Shown piece by piece: positions 59,330-64,000 of a stretch of 64,000 bases of DNA; position 1 is the first letter of the stretch; the number at the start of each line of letters is the position of its first letter. Both the position numbers and the translations under genes were made by a program. Under the pieces are notes generated by a model that made no database searches, was not told the DNA's origin, and saw nothing but the letters and a program-made list of their open reading frames with translations. The stretch comes from an uncultured Melioribacteraceae bacterium. GTDB lineage: Bacteria; Bacteroidota; Ignavibacteria; Ignavibacteriales; Melioribacteraceae. Where the stretch lies: NCBI GenBank assembly GCA_964573255.1, contig CAZNJB010000021.1, positions 2,098 through 66,097 of the forward strand, written 5' to 3'.

Positions 59330-59357
59330 TCTCCCCGGATATTATCATCCGGGGAGA
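59330..59357. terminator. Bidirectional hairpin terminator between convergent genes
   Basis: Perfect 11-bp stem, TCTCCCCGGAT (59330-59340) / ATCCGGGGAGA (59347-59357), with a 6-nt loop. Confidence 0.75.
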
Positions 59358-59373
59358 TTCCATACTTATAGGT

Positions 59374-60024
59374 TTATCCCAAATTCCGAAGAATAAAATC
59401 TTTCAGTTCTTGTGTATTATGAAAGATATAATCGCTCCCCATTTTTAATACTTTATCTTTAGCGTAGCTATCCCAAAGAACCGAAGCAATTTTAACTCCT
59501 GCTTTATTTGCCGCAATTATATCCGAAGGAGCGTCACCTATCATTAAAACTCTTTCGGGTTCCAGTTTAAAATAATCAACGAATTTCATTATTCCTTCCG
59601 GTGAAGGTTTGTGGTTTTCAACATCATCGCCAGTGATTATTAAATCGAAGTAATCGTAAACATTTATTGCTTTAAGTGAAATAACCGTGCTCAATCGCCC
59701 CTTACCGGTAAATATACCAAGCGGCAGATTTTTACTTTTTATTGCACTAAGTGTTTCTTCAATACTAGGAAAAATTTTTGCCATTCGATTATGGTTCTTT
59801 TCATAAAATTCATAATAATCCTTTCTGGCATCTTCGTAATTATCTTTCATCCACTCTTTTAATATTTCATCTTCTGTTGGGCCGAATAAGGATATTATTT
59901 CTTCATCACTGTAAGTTTTGCCCAGATACTTTTGGGTAACGTGATTAAAGCTTGCGAAAATTAATTCATTTGTGGAAATTATTGTTCCGTCAATATCAAA
60001 AATATATCCGTTAAATTTTTTCAT
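59374..60024 (-). CDS. HAD-superfamily hydrolase (PGP/PpaX-like subfamily IA)
   Basis: Motif I FDIDGTI, motif II FTGK, and motif III/IV MIGDAPSDIIAANKAG. Confidence 0.85.
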   Translation of the reverse strand: MKKFNGYIFDIDGTIISTNELIFASFNHVTQKYLGKTYSDEEIISLFGPTEDEILKEWMKDNYEDARKDYYEFYEKNHNRMAKIFPSIEETLSAIKSKNLPLGIFTGKGRLSTVISLKAINVYDYFDLIITGDDVENHKPSPEGIMKFVDYFKLEPERVLMIGDAPSDIIAANKAGVKIASVLWDSYAKDKVLKMGSDYIFHNTQELKDFILRNLG

Positions 60025-60342
60025 CTTGACCTTTTATTTTGAGTTTAAGAATCTGTTATAAAAAATAGTTGCTCAATATTGTTAAAATATATCATTGAGT
60101 AGCTTGTTGAGTAATATGTAAGCTGAAAACCTAATGTAACTAAAGCCGTTTTAATTACTTCATATATTTCGTTGTCTTTCCTAAGGAGTCACCTTGATAA
60201 AGTAACAAGTAATAATAAAATAATTCCGGTTCTACAAAAACAAATTGTTAATTTTACTTTTCGTTTAAATAAAAGATTAGTGTTGTATGCAATAATGAAT
60301 CGACTTTAGTCACATTAAACTTTGTGCGTTTTTCCCCAATAT

Positions 60343-62196
60343 TCACTTTCTTTTTTCGCTGTATTTAACTAGAGCAATACTTCCGTCCATATTTGAAACA
60401 AAATATTTATCTTCTCCCATTGGAATAATATTAAACATCCGTGCCGTTCCCATAAAAAGAATTTTTTTATACTTCTTTTTATAGATTCGATAAACGTTGC
60501 CTTCTTTGGTTGTAAATAAATAGATTCCTTTATTCTCAATGGGAGTGGAAGGCATAGTATCGAATTTATAACCAATTTTATAAGTAAGTCCTCCTTTGCC
60601 ATGTTTTGTGTAAGGATTGTAAAACTTTCCGTTCATTCCTTTCAGCAGTAATCTTTTTCCATTGGTAGTAATTCCAATAGATACCGACACATCATATTTA
60701 TCACTCTTCCATAGTGTTTTGCCGAGCATCGGATCGATTTTTACTGTATGCATTAACGGTGTTGTGATGTAAATATATTTCCCGTCAGTAACCGGTTCAA
60801 CTGCTGCGGTGGAGTTGTAAAAACTTTTATCTTCTCTCCATTTCCAGATCAGCCAGCCTTCACGGCTGTCAATACAGTAAAGGTAACTATCCCATGCACC
60901 GTAGATGATTTTATTTCCGAGCGACAAGGGTTTTATTTCAATCATTCCTTTTGCATTGTTATTTGTCCAATATTCCTGTAAGGTTTCCACATCGTAGCAA
61001 AGTACTTTTCCCGAAGCAGTGCCGAAAACTACTGCAGCTTTAGAGTCGGTTAATTTGGGAATCATCAATTCTTTCGTCCCTTCATAGTCAATCATCAATA
61101 AATCGGAGGTAATTGCTTCGTCGAAACCGATTGATTGAATTTGTTCTCCTGTATTTACATTTAGCGTATTCAAATCACCTTGCAAGGTTGCTACAATCAA
61201 GTAACCGTCTTTCTCCGCCGGAGTGGATGCAATATTCCCAAATGCATCGAAGTCCCAAAGCAAGTTTCCGTCGGTGGAAAAGCATTGAACCAAACCGTTG
61301 TAATCGGCGGTAATTATTTTATTTTCAAGAACCAAAGGCTCGGTAACGAGAGATGTGTGCAAATCTTTTTGCCATAAAATCTCTGCATCATAGTCAATGA
61401 TTTTGCTTGAATCGATTTTTTCAATTGTCTTTTCAGTATTCAAACTCAATGCTGTTATAAATCGGCTGCTATCCGATTTAGTAACTTTATAAACAAAAAG
61501 GGTGTCGTTCGTAATCTTACAGAGCGAATATCCCCAGGAAGAATCTTTGCGGCTGAATGTGGAAGGTCCTGTAATTCCGGGAATGCCGTTGAAATCCATT
61601 GTTTGATATTCTTTCCCGGAGCCAACCAAAACAGCTGCTATATTTTTCCCTCTCAAAATATTAGTGACTTCAAACCAATTATCAATTTCCTCATTTAAAG
61701 GATGATGCACAAAAAGAATGATCTTTTCATTTTCTCCAACAGATTGAATTTCTTCTTGCAGCCAATCAATTGTTTCGGGGGATAGATGTCCGCCGCTGTC
61801 TTTCCACAGAATAGCGCTGCTTATTCCGATGAATCTGTAATTATTTTTATTAAAAGAAAAATGATCTTCGTCCCATAATTCGGTGAATTTTATTCCGCCA
61901 GATTCACTCCATTTTGTATCGCGGCTTCCTTGAATAATATAATATGGCTTCGTAAGCTTGTCCAGCACTGCCTTAGCTTTTTCTAGTTCCGAGTTTCTTC
62001 CTTTTTCGGTTATATTTCCGGTGTGAACTATAAATTGAATTTCCGCTCGGGCGTTAATGGATGTTACGACACTGTCCAATTCCATATATGCGTTTTTGAA
62101 GCCTACATTGGAATCGGTAATCCACGCGAAAGTCAATTCTTGAGCGGCTGACCAATTGAATGATAAGGACAATAAAAGAATAAAAATTGTACGCAT
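60343..62196 (-). CDS. Secreted calcineurin-like metallophosphoesterase fused to a PQQ/BamB-like beta-propeller
   Basis: The ATG at 62196 gives the signal peptide MRTIFILLLSLSFNWSAAQ. The N-terminal half has FAWITDSNVG, HTGNITEKG and VHHPL motifs. The C-terminal half has repeated G.l.w/W.. blades (LLWDFDAFGN, WLIWKW, TLWKSD). Confidence 0.7.
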   Translation of the reverse strand: MRTIFILLLSLSFNWSAAQELTFAWITDSNVGFKNAYMELDSVVTSINARAEIQFIVHTGNITEKGRNSELEKAKAVLDKLTKPYYIIQGSRDTKWSESGGIKFTELWDEDHFSFNKNNYRFIGISSAILWKDSGGHLSPETIDWLQEEIQSVGENEKIILFVHHPLNEEIDNWFEVTNILRGKNIAAVLVGSGKEYQTMDFNGIPGITGPSTFSRKDSSWGYSLCKITNDTLFVYKVTKSDSSRFITALSLNTEKTIEKIDSSKIIDYDAEILWQKDLHTSLVTEPLVLENKIITADYNGLVQCFSTDGNLLWDFDAFGNIASTPAEKDGYLIVATLQGDLNTLNVNTGEQIQSIGFDEAITSDLLMIDYEGTKELMIPKLTDSKAAVVFGTASGKVLCYDVETLQEYWTNNNAKGMIEIKPLSLGNKIIYGAWDSYLYCIDSREGWLIWKWREDKSFYNSTAAVEPVTDGKYIYITTPLMHTVKIDPMLGKTLWKSDKYDVSVSIGITTNGKRLLLKGMNGKFYNPYTKHGKGGLTYKIGYKFDTMPSTPIENKGIYLFTTKEGNVYRIYKKKYKKILFMGTARMFNIIPMGEDKYFVSNMDGSIALVKYSEKRK

Positions 62197-62444
62197 CAGA
62201 ATCCTTAAATTTGAGTACACAAAAATAGTAAAAGCTTTTAACAAGATGAATTTTACATCAGCAAGGTGAAATCTACATATTTATTTAATAATAAGAAGTG
62301 GTAACTTAAACTGGTTGATAAATAGAAAGCAGAAATACCACGATAAAAATGTTTTTCGTTGATTAATGGTTAATTAACTAAAAAAGATAAAATGGAATTT
62401 ACTCTATTAGATTGTTAATTTTACTACCTTATTTTTAGGAAATT

Positions 62445-64000
62445 ATGAATAACGTAAGAAATTTTAGCATAATAGCTCATATAGATCACGGTAAGTCCAC
62501 AATTGCCGATATGCTGCTCGAGAAAACGGGAGCGGTATCGCAACGTGAGATAAAATCTCAGCTTCTCGATGATATGGATCTGGAGCGTGAAAGGGGTATA
62601 ACAATTAAATCCCACGCTATTCAGATGCATTATAAAGCAAAGGACGGACAGAATTATACTCTCAATTTGATTGATACTCCGGGGCATGTTGATTTTACTT
62701 ACGAAGTATCCCGTTCATTGGCTGCATGCGAAGGAGCATTATTGGTTGTTGATGCCGCACAAGGAGCTGAAGCTCAGACCATTTCCAATCTTTATTTGGC
62801 AATTGAAGCTAATCTTGAAATCATCCCCGTTCTGAATAAAATTGATCTTCCCAGTGCCCGGGTAGATGCAGTTAAGCAGCAAATTATAGATTTGATCGGC
62901 TGCGACGAAGAAGATATTATTTTGGCAAGCGCCAAAGCAAGAATCGGGTACGAAGAAATATTAGAAGCAATTGTAAATAAAATCCCTCCACCGAAGGGTG
63001 ATCCGGACGCTCCGTTGCAGGCACTTATATTTGATTCTGTTTTCGATTCATATAGAGGAGCAATTGCTTACATTCGTCTTTTTAACGGAACTCTCAAAGA
63101 AAAGGACGAAATTAAATTTTTTGCAACCGATAAAAAGTTTCTCGCTGAAGAGGTTGGGGTTCTCGAATTAGCTAAAAAAAGAACCAAAGTACTTTCAGCC
63201 GGGGATGTTGGATATTTAATTGCCGGAGTTAAGGACGTAAACGATACAAAAGTTGGTGATACGGTAACACACGTAAAAGACGGCGCGAAAGAACCGTTAG
63301 CCGGTTATCAGGAAATTAAGCCGATGGTATTCAGCGGATTGTATCCTGCTCTTTCCGATGATTATGGTGACTTACGGGAATCTCTTGATAAACTCAGGTT
63401 AAACGATGCATCTTTGACTTATGTGCCGGAGACTTCCGCAGCGCTCGGTTTTGGATTTCGATGCGGTTTTCTCGGAATGCTCCATATGGAAATCATCCAG
63501 GAAAGATTGGAGCGGGAATATGGTCAAAATATCGTTACGACACTTCCGAACGTGGAATATATTGTTTACACCAAAACTGGGGAAAAATTGATTGTTGATA
63601 ATCCAGCTGAAATGCCGGAGATGGGTGATATAGATTATATTGAAGAGCCTTATATTAAAGCACAAATTATAGCACCCAGTGAATATATTGGTAGTATTAT
63701 GAAATTGGCGATGGAGAAAAGAGGTGTTTATAAGAATACATCTTATTTAGATCCTACAAGAGCCGATTTGGCATATGAATTCCCTCTCGCTGAAGTGATA
63801 TTCGATTTTTACGACAAATTGAAATCAATCTCCCGTGGTTATGCTTCGTTTGATTATGAACTGATTGGATATAGGCGTTCCGATTTGACCAAACTTGATA
63901 TTCTGCTCAATGGTGATAAAGTGGATGCCCTTTCAATAATTGTACACAGAGATAAGGCGTTTGATTGGGGAAGAAAAGTTACATCAAAACTTAAGGAACT
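62445..64000 (+). CDS. lepA: Elongation factor 4 (LepA), 5' part; continues beyond window end
   Basis: Absent from the track because it is an open-ended ORF. Hand translation gives [29 protein letters not shown]...[33 protein letters not shown]. Confidence 0.95.
   Translation, partial: MNNVRNFSIIAHIDHGKSTIADMLLEKTGAVSQREIKSQLLDDMDLERERGITIKSHAIQMHYKAKDGQNYTLNLIDTPGHVDFTYEVSRSLAACEGALLVVDAAQGAEAQTISNLYLAIEANLEIIPVLNKIDLPSARVDAVKQQIIDLIGCDEEDIILASAKARIGYEEILEAIVNKIPPPKGDPDAPLQALIFDSVFDSYRGAIAYIRLFNGTLKEKDEIKFFATDKKFLAEEVGVLELAKKRTKVLSAGDVGYLIAGVKDVNDTKVGDTVTHVKDGAKEPLAGYQEIKPMVFSGLYPALSDDYGDLRESLDKLRLNDASLTYVPETSAALGFGFRCGFLGMLHMEIIQERLEREYGQNIVTTLPNVEYIVYTKTGEKLIVDNPAEMPEMGDIDYIEEPYIKAQIIAPSEYIGSIMKLAMEKRGVYKNTSYLDPTRADLAYEFPLAEVIFDFYDKLKSISRGYASFDYELIGYRRSDLTKLDILLNGDKVDALSIIVHRDKAFDWGRKVTSKLKE

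Overview
A low-GC, mostly co-directional chromosomal segment. By gene content and style it looks like an FCB-superphylum bacterium, possibly Ignavibacteria-like; that is inference only. I saw no rRNA, tRNA, CRISPR array, transposase or integrase.

Layout from left to right:
- A POT peptide transporter, truncated at the window start.
- An 11-gene complex I operon, nuoABCDHIJKLMN, with no nuoEFG. NuoI carries an Ala/Lys/Pro-rich tail.
- An IscR-like Rrf2 operon: Rrf2, a 100-aa unknown, an IscA-type carrier, Fe/Mn SOD and a Lon-N domain protein. A near-perfect IscR-type palindrome sits in its promoter.
- atpDC.
- A symporter, anomeric-kinase-like and nucleotidyltransferase sugar-salvage operon.
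- tal-pgi, a secreted GH13 enzyme, an M28 peptidase, topA, an MltD-like transglycosylase and an EamA transporter preceded by an orphan intrinsic terminator.
- cysS, translationally coupled to a four-gene envelope cluster. This cluster includes a lipoprotein with separate acidic, Tyr/Trp-rich and Arg/Ser/Lys-rich zones.
- rsgA, which apparently starts at ATT.
- A TPR, LolB-like and M23 trio.
- A tightly overlapping Galf-containing glycan operon. It runs directly into a 1,774-aa C25 (gingipain/PorU-like) protein with a T9SS-type C-terminal domain, followed by an orphan beta-barrel.
- A HAD hydrolase, a secreted metallophosphoesterase/beta-propeller fusion, and lepA, truncated at the window end.

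The most interesting candidates are the glycan-operon/C25-peptidase/barrel block (44.3-59.3 kb) and the cysS-linked envelope cluster (34.5-38.5 kb). All functional calls rest on motif recognition by eye. No database search was run.
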